Shown: positions 48,535 through 58,564, counted from the stretch's first letter. The stretch is 64,000 nucleotides of DNA from an uncultured Candidatus Saccharibacteria bacterium (GCA_964394435.1 CAYMXN010000002.1:206196-270195); one strand, 5' to 3'. Translations and numbers: made by a program. The notes: a model not told the origin generated them from the sequence alone.

Positions 48535-50426
48535 CGGGTAGTCCAGTCGATATCAGGGCGAAGTTGTTTGGCTACTGCCAGAAGTTTTTGGTATGCGGCA
48601 TCGTCGCCAAGTGTTTTGGCTGTTTTGAGTAATATGGCGATAAACTCGATGCGAGTTGGGGCTATTTCGAGCGCTTCCTTATACAGCGCTTGGTTGCGCT
48701 TCAGGTAGTCAGTTTGATTAAAGAGTATGCCTGCGCGTAGGTTAAGTCCGCCGTTGGTATATACATCTTTTAAGCCAGACATCTTAGAGCGGTTAGCATC
48801 AAACCACTGGTTAGCCATATCAACAACTGAACGAATTGCTTCGATCGAGATGTTTGGATTTGCCCGCGCAGTTCCTTCGATAATGTTGATGATGAAGCGG
48901 TTAAATGCGGCTACGGTTTCTTCTTGCCCGACTGGTGAGGGGAGGTTATATACGTGCTCAAATGCTTTGATGCCATCGTTTCCATTTGCTGAACGGTGGG
49001 CGTTTGCGAGGGCGAGATTTTTTTGGAATGGGAAGACGTCGGTAATGATAATACTTGTAATGAGTACGGTGGCTATCGCAAGTGTCGTGAGGAGTCCGGA
49101 TCCGGTTAGTTCGTAGTACTCTTCCGTCAGATCAACGGGTTGTCGATCGGTATTTATTACGCACACGATAAACGTATAGAGAATGATGTATACCGGCAGT
49201 ACGTCGAAGAGGAAAAATCCTTGCGTGAAGTAGGCGATTGGTAGGGCGAATAGGATTGATTTCCAGAGGTTGCGTGGATAGCGTTTTATCTCTTTGTAGT
49301 AAAAGAAAAATATCGCAAGGTAGGCGAAGAGCAGTGTTATACCTCCACTGATAAGATATTCGAGAAACACATTGTGGGTGCGGTCAAAGAATGATTCGAT
49401 GCCAAAGTGTTTCGGGTTGTAATACTTGTCGAATACGTATGGAAAATTTTCCGCACCCCAGCCTAGTAGTGGCCGTTCGATTACGCCAGCGACTGCTGAT
49501 CCCCACGTCCAAAGACGAGGTTGGATTTCTTTGAGTGCTCCTCCGATATTGAGAAACCGGTTTACGACGGGAATGTGTTGCCAAAAGCTCGCTTGGCTTG
49601 TTGCTACAAAGGTTATTCCGGCTATGCTGCAGGTAAGTAGTAAGCCAAAGGCGACAAGCCGTCCTTTACGTGTATGAGCAAACCAGATTTCGGCGATGAG
49701 TACGGTAAGTCCGGCGACCATTACGGCGAGGAGCGCTCCGCGCGTGCCGGTTTGGAGTAGTGCGAAGCTTTCAACTGCGAGTAGCGCACCCCAGAGCGTT
49801 TTTTGAATAGCAGTCTTAGATCGGCGCATCATATATATGATGAGTGCGATACTGATAATCAGATATCCTCCAAGATATGACGGGTTGCCGAGTGTTCCGG
49901 AGATACGCTTATCTGCAGCGATGATTTTGAGTTTGCCGGCGAGTTCTGGGTTTGGAAACTTATAAAAATATAGTTGAGCGAATCCGTAGACACATAAGAG
50001 TCCGCTTGTGATAATCGTCGCTTTAATTGTTCGGATGATTGTTTTTGGATCGGTAAATAGGATAGAACTTAGCAGGAAAAAGAGTGCGTAATGCATAATT
50101 TGAAATGCTCCTTCGCCTCGTTCGAAGTTTGACCAAAATGCTTGAGTTGGATTCTGTGAAATGAGCGCGGTGCTGACGGCGATGAGCGCAAAGAGTATTA
50201 CGCTTATGTTAATCGGGCGGCGAAGCTGTGTTTTAATAGTCTGAAGCAGCGCGCTTCGATTATTAGCGAGTAGTATGTGAGCAAGGAGAAAGGCGAGGGC
50301 GAGCTCGATAAGTATGCGGAAGATGATTGCTTTTCCGGCGATAAAGGGGAAGTAGAGTCCGTTGATTAATATGAGCGGCGTAAAAATTGCCGCAAGTGTA
50401 CAGAAGCGAGCGATTTTAATAAGCAT
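48531..50426 (-). CDS. O-antigen ligase / O-oligosaccharyltransferase (Wzy_C/PglL-like) with TPR-like tail
   Basis: GTLGNPSYLG, TGTRG, R...W, RPLLGWG.ENF, DRTHNVFLE. Confidence 0.85.
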   Translation of the reverse strand: MLIKIARFCTLAAIFTPLILINGLYFPFIAGKAIIFRILIELALAFLLAHILLANNRSALLQTIKTQLRRPINISVILFALIAVSTALISQNPTQAFWSNFERGEGAFQIMHYALFFLLSSILFTDPKTIIRTIKATIITSGLLCVYGFAQLYFYKFPNPELAGKLKIIAADKRISGTLGNPSYLGGYLIISIALIIYMMRRSKTAIQKTLWGALLAVESFALLQTGTRGALLAVMVAGLTVLIAEIWFAHTRKGRLVAFGLLLTCSIAGITFVATSQASFWQHIPVVNRFLNIGGALKEIQPRLWTWGSAVAGVIERPLLGWGAENFPYVFDKYYNPKHFGIESFFDRTHNVFLEYLISGGITLLFAYLAIFFFYYKEIKRYPRNLWKSILFALPIAYFTQGFFLFDVLPVYIILYTFIVCVINTDRQPVDLTEEYYELTGSGLLTTLAIATVLITSIIITDVFPFQKNLALANAHRSANGNDGIKAFEHVYNLPSPVGQEETVAAFNRFIINIIEGTARANPNISIEAIRSVVDMANQWFDANRSKMSGLKDVYTNGGLNLRAGILFNQTDYLKRNQALYKEALEIAPTRIEFIAILLKTAKTLGDDAAYQKLLAVAKQLRPDIDWTTR

Positions 50427-50484
50427 ATCGCTAAGTATAATATGGAAATCTGTTTTGGGCTAAAAACCAGGTATACTAACCATA

Positions 50485-51693
50485 TTGATGAATATTTTTG
50501 AAGAACTGAATTGGTTTAGGGGGCGTTCAAACGCGTTTTTGCTCGCGGAGCTTATGGCTGATCGCGTGCGTGTTTCTGCGGTGCGTGTTCATACGGCAAC
50601 TCGTGAAGCGGTTGTGTTAAAGTCTCGCAGTCTCATGCACGATATGCTTACCGGTCCTGGATGGTATGGCGCGCTTTCGCGATTGCTTTCGAGTTTTTGG
50701 TTTTCGTCTGCGCAGCTTTATCTTTGTATTGATTCGTCGTGTGTAGCAACAGTTGCGCTCTCTCAAGCGTTTACTCGTACTGTTGAGCAGAGCGAGATTA
50801 CTGAAGCAGAGATTGAGCAGGTGATTGCGCAAACGCTTTGGAAGGCGTTTGATGCTGCTCGTCCAGATGCCGCACGTCGTTTGGGTGTTTTTGATACCGA
50901 GCTGTCGCTTGTTGATGCTCAAGCACTTAGGATTCGTCTTGATGGTCGACGCGTCGTAAGTCCGGTTGGATTTACTGCGCGCGAAATTGAGATTACCTAT
51001 CGACTCTCATTTGCTTCTAAAAAGGTTTTCGATCAGCTCCGCGCACTATGGCCACTCGAGCAGATTATTGCGATTGAGGAAGAGGGGTTTGGTTGGGCGA
51101 GTGCGCTTGGCCAAAAGTATGACCGTGAGGATTTTATTTTTGCGGCGGTGCTTCATGAGCAGACGCATCTTTTTATCAAAGATCGATCTTCGATTCGGTA
51201 TCTTGATTCGGTTCGATGGGGGCAAGCGCAGCTCGCTGCTCCACTGTCGCGTGAGTTTGGGGTTGATCAGGGCGTGGCTATGGATATGTTTCGGCGCGTC
51301 GGCTCCGGAATGACTTCGGAGAAGGTGAGTCGGCGTATTTCGGAGCTTATTTTACCTGAATTCCTAACGCTAATGCGCGCACTCGAGAATCAGCAGAGTC
51401 ATGGAAAGCCTACAGTCGCCTATATCGCTTCGAGCTTTGATGCGCTTAGCTCTCTTTTTACCCTTGGTCCGATTAAGCGCATTAAAAGTACTATACAATC
51501 CACTCCTGTTGATCAAGATTTTGTTGGCGAAAACTTCGGCTTTCGACTACAATTAAAGGACCAGGATGTTATTTTTGATCCTTCGCTTTTTGCGTTGCGC
51601 CTGGGAAGCCCAGCATTTTATTTATACGATTCGCATATTGATAAAGTAGTAAAACGGAGAGCTCGTTGGTTAACTCGACAAGATAATTCTTAA
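50485..51693 (+). CDS. Hypothetical protein, possibly degenerate FtsA/actin-like
   Basis: Long ORF; R..EQSEITEAEI and IRLDGRRVVSPVGFTAREI recall the FtsA 1C region; nucleotide-binding motifs not recognisable. Confidence 0.5.
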   Translation: MMNIFEELNWFRGRSNAFLLAELMADRVRVSAVRVHTATREAVVLKSRSLMHDMLTGPGWYGALSRLLSSFWFSSAQLYLCIDSSCVATVALSQAFTRTVEQSEITEAEIEQVIAQTLWKAFDAARPDAARRLGVFDTELSLVDAQALRIRLDGRRVVSPVGFTAREIEITYRLSFASKKVFDQLRALWPLEQIIAIEEEGFGWASALGQKYDREDFIFAAVLHEQTHLFIKDRSSIRYLDSVRWGQAQLAAPLSREFGVDQGVAMDMFRRVGSGMTSEKVSRRISELILPEFLTLMRALENQQSHGKPTVAYIASSFDALSSLFTLGPIKRIKSTIQSTPVDQDFVGENFGFRLQLKDQDVIFDPSLFALRLGSPAFYLYDSHIDKVVKRRARWLTRQDNS

Positions 51694-51705
51694 ACGTTAT
51701 TCCTC

Positions 51706-53301
51706 ATGGAGAAAGTCAAAAAAATAATTGTTTCAAAAAGTGATGAGCCGACGCTTGTTGCTGAAAAATTGATTGATGCTGACGCCGAGACGGTTGTGCT
51801 TAGTATTCCTAAGGGATCACAGCTCGCAGGGGCGCTCGCTCATCTGAAGCTTATTAAGCGCGAGGCGACCTTGCTTAAGAAGAAGGTGATTGTTGAGTCG
51901 GTAGATGAGTCGATTCTTGAGTTATGTAAAAAAGCCGGCATTGAGTCTGTTGATCCTTTTTTTAGTAAAATGGGGAGTCGAAAAAAACTTTCTGATATTG
52001 TCGTTAAGCCGCGGGTTGATGAGACTGATAGCGTCGCTCAATCAGTTCCTTTGAAAATCACTGAATCTGAAGAAGCAGAGCCGATGACGGAAGTGATTAA
52101 GCCAGCTGCTCGTCCACGAAAAAAGTTTAAATTTAAGTTTCGTTTTTCGTTTCCTCGTATTTTCCGGAAAAGCACTGCGGTTGTCGTGGGGCTTCTCGTA
52201 TTAGTTGCCGCAGGAGGGTATGTCGCCTTAGTTGTCCTGCCGCATGCAGAGGTTGTCGCCACTCTTATTAAAGAGCCTTGGAATTTTTCTGCTCCGGTTG
52301 TTGTTGATAAAGCGATTTCTACTCCGGATGCGCTTTCGGCCCGTATTCCTGGTCAGGTTTTTGTTCAAAAAACGAATGCGACGCTTCAATTTGTTGCGAG
52401 TGGTTCCAAATCAATTGAACGGAAAGCTACCGGGAAGATCACGATTTATAACGCATTAAGTTCTAAACCGCAGAGTATTGTTGCTAACACGCGCTTTGAA
52501 ACGGCTGACGGTAAGGTATTTCGTATTACTAAGGGAATTACAATTCCTGGTGCCAACATTGAAGAGGGGAAGATTGTTCCTTCTTCGATTGTTGCTGACA
52601 TTGTCGCCGACCAGCCTGGTGCTGCTTATAATATCGGCCCGGTTGCTAAGCTTACGATCCCTGGATTTAAAGGGACACCGAAATTCGATACGTTTTATGG
52701 TGAGATCAAAGACCCAACCGCTGGCGGGTTAGTTGGCGTGGTAAAGGTTGCGACCGATGCTGATATTAAAACTGCTAAGGCTTCAGCCAGCAAAACAATC
52801 GAGGCGTCTGCGCAGACGCTTATTGCTACCCAGATTCCGGCCCAATTTAAAACTCTTCCTGGGGCTTCTAAATTTGTCATTACTAAGCAGACTGTTGCGA
52901 GCGAGGCGGATGCGAGCGGTAAGTTTTCAGTCTTTACTGAAGGGCAAATTACTACGCTCGCTTTTCAGGAGCGTGATTTGCTAGCGATGCTTTCAACTAA
53001 AATTAAAACTGAAAAGGGTGCTGACTATCAGTTTGAAAATCTAGGGTTAACGTATGGAACGGTGAAGGCGGATGATCCGGCTTCGGGCAAGATGAGCGTG
53101 GCGATTGAGTATCAGGCGCAGGCAAGTCGTATTGTTGACCAAGGCTCACTCATTGAAAAGCTTAAGGGGCATACGCGTGCTGAGCTCGAACCAATCACTA
53201 GTTCACTTCAAGGAATTCAAGGCTTAACAGTTTCGCTTAAGCCATTTTGGGTGCGTAGCATTCCAAGTGACAGTTCAAAAATTAAGCTCATCGTCGAGTA
53301 A
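51706..53301 (+). CDS. Single-TM protein with baseplate-J-like extracytoplasmic region
   Basis: TM near aa 160-180; KATGKITIYN, TRFETADGKVF, VADQPGAAYNI, GG...V...DI pattern. Confidence 0.65.
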   Translation: MEKVKKIIVSKSDEPTLVAEKLIDADAETVVLSIPKGSQLAGALAHLKLIKREATLLKKKVIVESVDESILELCKKAGIESVDPFFSKMGSRKKLSDIVVKPRVDETDSVAQSVPLKITESEEAEPMTEVIKPAARPRKKFKFKFRFSFPRIFRKSTAVVVGLLVLVAAGGYVALVVLPHAEVVATLIKEPWNFSAPVVVDKAISTPDALSARIPGQVFVQKTNATLQFVASGSKSIERKATGKITIYNALSSKPQSIVANTRFETADGKVFRITKGITIPGANIEEGKIVPSSIVADIVADQPGAAYNIGPVAKLTIPGFKGTPKFDTFYGEIKDPTAGGLVGVVKVATDADIKTAKASASKTIEASAQTLIATQIPAQFKTLPGASKFVITKQTVASEADASGKFSVFTEGQITTLAFQERDLLAMLSTKIKTEKGADYQFENLGLTYGTVKADDPASGKMSVAIEYQAQASRIVDQGSLIEKLKGHTRAELEPITSSLQGIQGLTVSLKPFWVRSIPSDSSKIKLIVE

Positions 53302-53352
53302 AGTAGTAAGAGTTGACTTTTTGCTAGCCTTTCTGCTACTATAACCCAATCC

Positions 53353-53571
53353 ATGTCCGATACTAAGAAGGTTCGCCAAGAGGAGGGAGTGATTGAAGAA
53401 GCTCTTCCTGGAGCAACTTTTAAGGTGCGTCTCAAGGATAATCGTTTGGTGAACGGTCACCTCGCAGGAAAAATGCGAATGTACCATATCAAGATTATTC
53501 CAGGAGATCGCGTTACGATTGAGTTTGGTCCCTACGACGACGCTCGTGGGAGAATCACTCGCCGTCTTTAA
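53353..53571 (+). CDS. infA: Translation initiation factor IF-1
   Basis: EALPGATFKV, GKMRMYHIKIIPGDRV. Confidence 0.97.
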   Translation: MSDTKKVRQEEGVIEEALPGATFKVRLKDNRLVNGHLAGKMRMYHIKIIPGDRVTIEFGPYDDARGRITRRL

Positions 53572-53607
53572 CGCCACTACTTATTATTCGGAAAGGTAAT
53601 TTACATT

Positions 53608-53721
53608 ATGAAAGTACGTTCTTCGGTTAAAAAAATCTGTCAGAAGTGTCAGCTCGTCCGTCGCAAGGGGCGGGTTCGTGTTATTTGTGAAACGCCGAAG
53701 CACAAACAACGTCAGGGATAA
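53608..53721 (+). CDS. rpmJ: 50S ribosomal protein L36
   Basis: Manual translation [37 protein letters not shown]. Confidence 0.97.
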   Translation: MKVRSSVKKICQKCQLVRRKGRVRVICETPKHKQRQG

Positions 53722-53755
53722 TCAAGTATTAATTTTTATTTAACTACTCATCGTT

Positions 53756-54139
53756 ATGCGTATCGTTGGTGTCAATATTCCAGATAATAAGCGCGTTGAT
53801 ATTGCGCTTCGTTATCTTTATGGTGTAGGTCCAGTGCGTGCCGTAGAAATTATCACTGCGACTAAAATCGACCCAAAGAAGCGTGCAAAAGATCTTGACT
53901 CAACCGAGGTGAACAAGATTAAGGAGTACATGGAAAAGAACTTTAAGATTGAAGGTGAGCTTCGCCAGGTTATTAAGCAAAACATCGCGCTTTTGAAAGA
54001 TATGTCCACGTATCGTGGAGCCCGTCACCAGCGTCGTCTGCCGGTTCGTGGTCAGCGTACTAAGACTAACTCTCGTACGGTTCGTGGAAACACCCGTAAG
54101 ACAGCTGGTAGCGGTAAGCGTAAAGTTGAACTTAAATAA
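53756..54139 (+). CDS. rpsM: 30S ribosomal protein S13
   Basis: RIVGVNIP, LPVRGQRTKTNSRT. Confidence 0.97.
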   Translation: MRIVGVNIPDNKRVDIALRYLYGVGPVRAVEIITATKIDPKKRAKDLDSTEVNKIKEYMEKNFKIEGELRQVIKQNIALLKDMSTYRGARHQRRLPVRGQRTKTNSRTVRGNTRKTAGSGKRKVELK

Positions 54140-54151
54140 TCGTTCTATACT

Positions 54152-54604
54152 ATGGGAAAGAAAAAAGTTGGAAAAGAAGATCAGGGAGAGATTCTCAAGC
54201 AGGCCGATAAGGTTGATACTGCGGTTGCCGCAGCGGGTGCGAAGAACGTCTCTAAGAAAGCTGAGCGTGGAAACGCTTATGTTAAAGCAACGTATAACAA
54301 CACGATTATTTCAGTTACCGATGAGAAGGGTAATATGCTCTTCTGGGGTAGCGCTGGCGGACTTGGTTTTACCGGTCCAAAGAAAGCGACTCCATTTGCT
54401 TCAAGTAAAATCGTAGCGGCACTTACCGAAAAGATGAAAAAGGCTGGCATGAGCTCACTCAATATCTTCTTAAATGGTATTGGTGGTGGTAGGGATAGCG
54501 CGGTTCGCTCATTTGTGAACCAGGGCTTCAATGTTCTCTCAATTCACGATGTTACTCCGATTCCACACAACGGTCCGAAGCCTAAGAAAGTTCGCCGTAT
54601 TTAA
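54152..54604 (+). CDS. rpsK: 30S ribosomal protein S11
   Basis: ATYNNTI, KKATPFA, DVTPIPHNG. Confidence 0.97.
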   Translation: MGKKKVGKEDQGEILKQADKVDTAVAAAGAKNVSKKAERGNAYVKATYNNTIISVTDEKGNMLFWGSAGGLGFTGPKKATPFASSKIVAALTEKMKKAGMSSLNIFLNGIGGGRDSAVRSFVNQGFNVLSIHDVTPIPHNGPKPKKVRRI

Positions 54605-54615
54605 TCCCTACGAAT

Positions 54616-55239
54616 ATGTTTGATACTAAAGAACGAAAAGAACGCGCCCTCGGTACTCGACTCTTTTTAAAGCCGAACCGTTCGAACTCTCCAAAGGCTG
54701 CTATTGTTCGCCGTCCATACCGTCCAGGTCTCCATGGAAAGGCGCACCGCCGTGCTGCTTCTGAATACGCTCTTCAGCTCGCTGAAAAGCAGAAATTTAA
54801 ATACACCTATGGTCTTCGCGAGGCTCAGATGAGAATCGCTTTCAAAAAGGCTATGAAGTCTCCTTCGACAACTGGTCCGCTCTTTGTGAGCTTGCTCGAG
54901 CGTCGTTTGGACAACGTCGTCTTCCGTCTTGGCTTTGCGCCAAGCCGTTCCGTCGCTCGTCAGGTTATCAGCCACGGACACATTTGGGTTAATGGTCGCC
55001 GTACAAAGGCTCCATCGTTTGCTGTTAAGCCAGGAGACGTTGTTACGATTCGTCCACAGTCTAAGGACCACCCAGTATTCCGCCCACTCGCTGAGACGAT
55101 TAAGAAATATGAAGCTCCAGGATGGCTCAAAGTTGACGCTGAGAAGTTTGAGGGTAAGGTAGTCACTTTGCCGAAAGATCTCGAGATTCCTTTTGACATT
55201 GCGCTTCTTGTCGATTATTATTCAAAAATCGTCAAATAA
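54616..55239 (+). CDS. rpsD: 30S ribosomal protein S4
   Basis: QLAEKQK, LERRLDNVVFRLG, ARQVISHGH. Confidence 0.97.
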   Translation: MFDTKERKERALGTRLFLKPNRSNSPKAAIVRRPYRPGLHGKAHRRAASEYALQLAEKQKFKYTYGLREAQMRIAFKKAMKSPSTTGPLFVSLLERRLDNVVFRLGFAPSRSVARQVISHGHIWVNGRRTKAPSFAVKPGDVVTIRPQSKDHPVFRPLAETIKKYEAPGWLKVDAEKFEGKVVTLPKDLEIPFDIALLVDYYSKIVK

Positions 55240-55317
55240 GGCGGCACTATTACAGAGCGCCAGGCATGGATTAGTCCCCATGTCAGGATCTAAGCTCTTA
55301 ATTAACTATAAACAAGT

Positions 55318-56112
55318 ATGGAAAAGATTCGTTTGTCAGATGCAGTCAAAGTTCAGGTCGTATCAGAAACCGCAAACACCGGTGTTTTCGACATCGATGG
55401 GCTCTACAGTGGGTATGGTACTACGCTCGGTAACGCGCTTCGTCGTGTTCTTTTTTCGTCTATCGCCGGAGCTGCTATTACGAAAGTAAAGATTAAGGGT
55501 GTTGGACACGAATTCACGACAATTGAGGGAGTAATGGAAGATGTCGTGGAGATTATGCTTAACTTGAAGCGTCTTCGCTTTGCTTTTGATGTTGACTACG
55601 AGACCTATGAGCAGCCTGAAGTTTTGACCTTAAAGGCCAAAGGTGAGGGTGCTGTTACTGCCGCGAACATCGAAAACTCTGGCTTGGTTCGTGTTATCAA
55701 TAAAGATGCTCACATCGCGACCATTACCCAGAAGGGTGTTGAGTTCGAGATGGAGCTCACCATTGAAAAAGGCTTGGGCTATGTTCCAGCTGAGGCTTCA
55801 AAGTCTGAAGCGTTGCCAGTTGGCGTTATCCAGCTTGATGCTATTTTTTCTCCAGTTACGAAAGTTAACTTTACCGTTGAGAACATGCGTGTAGGTGAGC
55901 GAACTGACTTCAACAAGCTTCGCTTAGTTATTGATACCGATGGGAGCGTTGCGCCTTCAGTCGTGTTTACGAAGGCGGTCTCGATTTTACAGGAGCACTT
56001 CACTAAGGTGAGCGAACAGCTCTCTGGTGTTGTGGTCACAGCAGCTCCAGCTGTAGCTGAAGAGGAGGGTGAGACAAAGAAAAAGAAAGTATCTAAAAAG
56101 AAAGATAAATAA
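55318..56112 (+). CDS. rpoA: RNA polymerase alpha subunit lacking the C-terminal domain
   Basis: GYGTTLGNALRRVL, HEFTTIEGV.ED, DAIFSPV; 264 aa ending in a Lys-rich tail. Confidence 0.95.
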   Translation: MEKIRLSDAVKVQVVSETANTGVFDIDGLYSGYGTTLGNALRRVLFSSIAGAAITKVKIKGVGHEFTTIEGVMEDVVEIMLNLKRLRFAFDVDYETYEQPEVLTLKAKGEGAVTAANIENSGLVRVINKDAHIATITQKGVEFEMELTIEKGLGYVPAEASKSEALPVGVIQLDAIFSPVTKVNFTVENMRVGERTDFNKLRLVIDTDGSVAPSVVFTKAVSILQEHFTKVSEQLSGVVVTAAPAVAEEEGETKKKKVSKKKDK

Positions 56113-56117
56113 ATTGT

Positions 56118-56450
56118 ATGCGTAAGTTCCACCGTATAACTGGCCGTCGTCGGCTATTCAAACAAGTTCTCGTCGCCAACTTCATCAAGAAGGGCAAGAT
56201 TACTACAACCATTGCTCGTGCGAAGGAGATTCGTCCGATTGTCGAGCGCTTTATTACGGTTGGCAAAAAGGGTAGTCTCGCATCGTTCCGTTCATTACTC
56301 GCAAAGCTTCCAAAGGAAGCTGCTGGAAAGATATTTTATGAGATTGCGCCAAAGTATAAGGACCGTAAGGGCGGATACACTCGTATTATTAAAACCGCGA
56401 AAGCTCGTAAGCGCGATGGTTCAGAAATGGCCGTAATTGAATTTGTCTAA
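56118..56450 (+). CDS. rplQ: 50S ribosomal protein L17
   Basis: ITTTIARAKE, RKGGYTRI, RDGSEMA. Confidence 0.96.
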   Translation: MRKFHRITGRRRLFKQVLVANFIKKGKITTTIARAKEIRPIVERFITVGKKGSLASFRSLLAKLPKEAAGKIFYEIAPKYKDRKGGYTRIIKTAKARKRDGSEMAVIEFV

Positions 56451-56454
56451 ACCT

Positions 56455-56820
56455 ATGACCACTACTACTAAAGAAAAAACACAGCACGTCATTGACGCCG
56501 AAGGACAAGTTCTTGGTCGCTTAGCGACTCAGATTGCTCGTATTCTTCAGGGCAAGCACCGCGTAAGCTATCTTCCACGTGAAGCGGGGGATGATGTGGT
56601 TATTGTTAAAAATGCCGCTAAGATTGTTACTACGAAAGACAAGGCTGAGAAAAAGATTTACTACCGCCACACTGGCTATATGGGTCACTTGAAAGAGCAG
56701 CCATTTAAAGCGATTTTTGAGCGCGATCCAGGTGAAGTTTTGCGCCGAGCAGTGTTTAATATGTTGCCGAAAAACTTCATTCGCCAGAAGCGTATGAATC
56801 GGCTTAAAATTGAAAAATAA
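56455..56820 (+). CDS. rplM: 50S ribosomal protein L13
   Basis: IDAEGQVLGRLA, YYRHTGYMG, MLPKN; start placed at ATG 56455. Confidence 0.96.
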   Translation: MTTTTKEKTQHVIDAEGQVLGRLATQIARILQGKHRVSYLPREAGDDVVIVKNAAKIVTTKDKAEKKIYYRHTGYMGHLKEQPFKAIFERDPGEVLRRAVFNMLPKNFIRQKRMNRLKIEK

Positions 56821-56822
56821 AT

Positions 56823-57287
56823 ATGACAACTGCTACTAAAAAAACAACTACGAAGGCGGTCAAGCCAAAGCTTGAGGTCAAGGCTTCTCCAAAGCAAGAG
56901 GGGCGTTACTATCAGGGTCTTGGTGGCCGTAAGACGGCGACTGCTTCAGTTCGTATCTATCCAAAAGGCACTGGCGTTACCGTAAATGGTAAAGAGCTCA
57001 AAGAGTACTTTAAGATGGCGAAGCATCAGAACGAGGTGCTCGCTCCGCTTGAGGTTGCTGAAATGGGTAAGTCACTTGGCGTAACGGTTAAGGTTTCGGG
57101 TAGTGGTATTCACGCTCAAGCCCAGGCTGTTCGCAACGGTATCGCGACTGCTTTAGTCGCGCTTGATAAAGAGTTAAAGAAGAAGTTGAAGCGCGTTGGC
57201 TTTATTACCCGCGATCCTCGTGTGGTTGAACGTAAGAAGTACGGACTCAAGGGTGCACGTCGCTCTCCACAGTGGTCCAAGCGTTAA
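56823..57287 (+). CDS. rpsI: 30S ribosomal protein S9
   Basis: GGRKTA, TRDPRVVERKKYG, QWSKR. Confidence 0.97.
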   Translation: MTTATKKTTTKAVKPKLEVKASPKQEGRYYQGLGGRKTATASVRIYPKGTGVTVNGKELKEYFKMAKHQNEVLAPLEVAEMGKSLGVTVKVSGSGIHAQAQAVRNGIATALVALDKELKKKLKRVGFITRDPRVVERKKYGLKGARRSPQWSKR

Positions 57288-57288
57288 C

Positions 57289-57388
57289 ATTTGGCGTATC
57301 GCTTTGTCATGGGACCCTCGGCCACGTTCGTCGTACGAATATGTACGCCTCGCGTGGCCGTTTCCCATTTCGCGCGCTACATCCAAAT
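57289..57388. repeat. About 100-nt nested imperfect palindrome after rpsI
   Basis: ATTTGG/CCAAAT, ATGGGA/TCCCAT, CGGCCACG/CGTGGCCG, CGTAC/GTACG. Confidence 0.6.
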
Positions 57389-57398
57389 ATATCTTTAT

Positions 57399-57428
57399 CA
57401 AAAATCCCGGCTCTGGTCGGGATTTTTG
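57399..57428 (+). terminator. Terminator of ribosomal protein operon
   Basis: CAAAAATCCCGGC-TCTG-GTCGGGATTTTTG. Confidence 0.8.
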
Positions 57429-57465
57429 TTTTGACGAGGAGCTGATAAATCGGTAGGGTAGATGT

Positions 57466-58518
57466 ATGCGTATTTTAGCTATTGAGACTAGTTGTGATGA
57501 GACGGCGCTTTCGGTCGTCGAAGCCTCTGGCGGAATCAAAAAACCGCAGTTTGTTGTTTTGCACAATATCATCTCGAGTCAGATTAAACTTCACGCACCG
57601 TTTGGCGGAGTGGTGCCAAATATTGCCAAGCGCGAACATATCGCTAACCTCCCAAAGCTGTTTAAGCAACTCGGGCTTTCGAATGACTTAAAGGAAATTG
57701 ATGTGATTGCGGTGACGGTTGGGCCGGGACTCGCCCCAGCGTTATGGGCCGGCATCGAGTTTGCGAAAGAGATTGCCGTGAAGTTTGATAAGCCGCTCCT
57801 AGGCGCTAATCATTTAGAAGGGCATATGTACAGCACTTTATTGCCGAGCGCGGCGGTAAAGCTTAAGGCTGGTGGTTTAAAGGTGAAAACTGCCAAGGCG
57901 AAGCAGCAAATTGAGTTTCCGGCTGTGGGACTCCTTGTGTCCGGCGGGCATACGATATTGCTTTCACTTAGCTCACTGACGAAGCGCAAGAAACTTGGAG
58001 AGACGGTAGATGATGCGGCGGGTGAGGCGTTTGATAAGGTGGCGAAGATGATGCAGTTACCATATCCGGGCGGTCCGCAGATTGAGAAGTTGGCAAAAAA
58101 TGGTGATCCAGCTGCGATCGTGTTTCCACGCCCGATGCTTAATTCGGGTGATTATGAGTTTAGTTTTTCTGGGCTAAAAACCGCAGTGCTGTATTATCTG
58201 CGTGATAACTCAAAGTATAATCCGGCGGACGTGGCGGCGAGCTTTCAGGAGGCGGCGACTGATGTGCTTGTCAAAAAAGCGGTGCGCGCGATGCGTGAGG
58301 TTGGTGCGCGTTCGGTGTTTTTGTGTGGTGGCGTAGCGGCAAATACATATCTGCGAAATAAACTCGAGAAGGCGGCGGCGGGTGAGGGGGCGAACTTTAT
58401 CGTACCGGAGTTTGTGTTTAATACGGACAACGCAGTGATGATCGCGGCAGCCGCCTATATGAATCAGCTCACAAAGAAAAAGTACAAGATCGAGGCGCAA
58501 CCGAATCTGAATCTGTAA
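57466..58518 (+). CDS. tsaD: tRNA N6-threonylcarbamoyltransferase TsaD
   Basis: IETSCDET, GGVVP, NHLEGH, VSGGHT, GEAFDK, TDNAVMI. Confidence 0.97.
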   Translation: MRILAIETSCDETALSVVEASGGIKKPQFVVLHNIISSQIKLHAPFGGVVPNIAKREHIANLPKLFKQLGLSNDLKEIDVIAVTVGPGLAPALWAGIEFAKEIAVKFDKPLLGANHLEGHMYSTLLPSAAVKLKAGGLKVKTAKAKQQIEFPAVGLLVSGGHTILLSLSSLTKRKKLGETVDDAAGEAFDKVAKMMQLPYPGGPQIEKLAKNGDPAAIVFPRPMLNSGDYEFSFSGLKTAVLYYLRDNSKYNPADVAASFQEAATDVLVKKAVRAMREVGARSVFLCGGVAANTYLRNKLEKAAAGEGANFIVPEFVFNTDNAVMIAAAAYMNQLTKKKYKIEAQPNLNL

Positions 58519-58564
58519 AAGTTGAGCTCATTCGCGAGAAAAGGTACTATTAGACCATTGTGAT

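Noticed and set aside
51706-53301. Prophage or contractile injection system
   Set aside because: No sheath, tube, capsid, terminase or integrase genes; the protein has a TM and core-like context.
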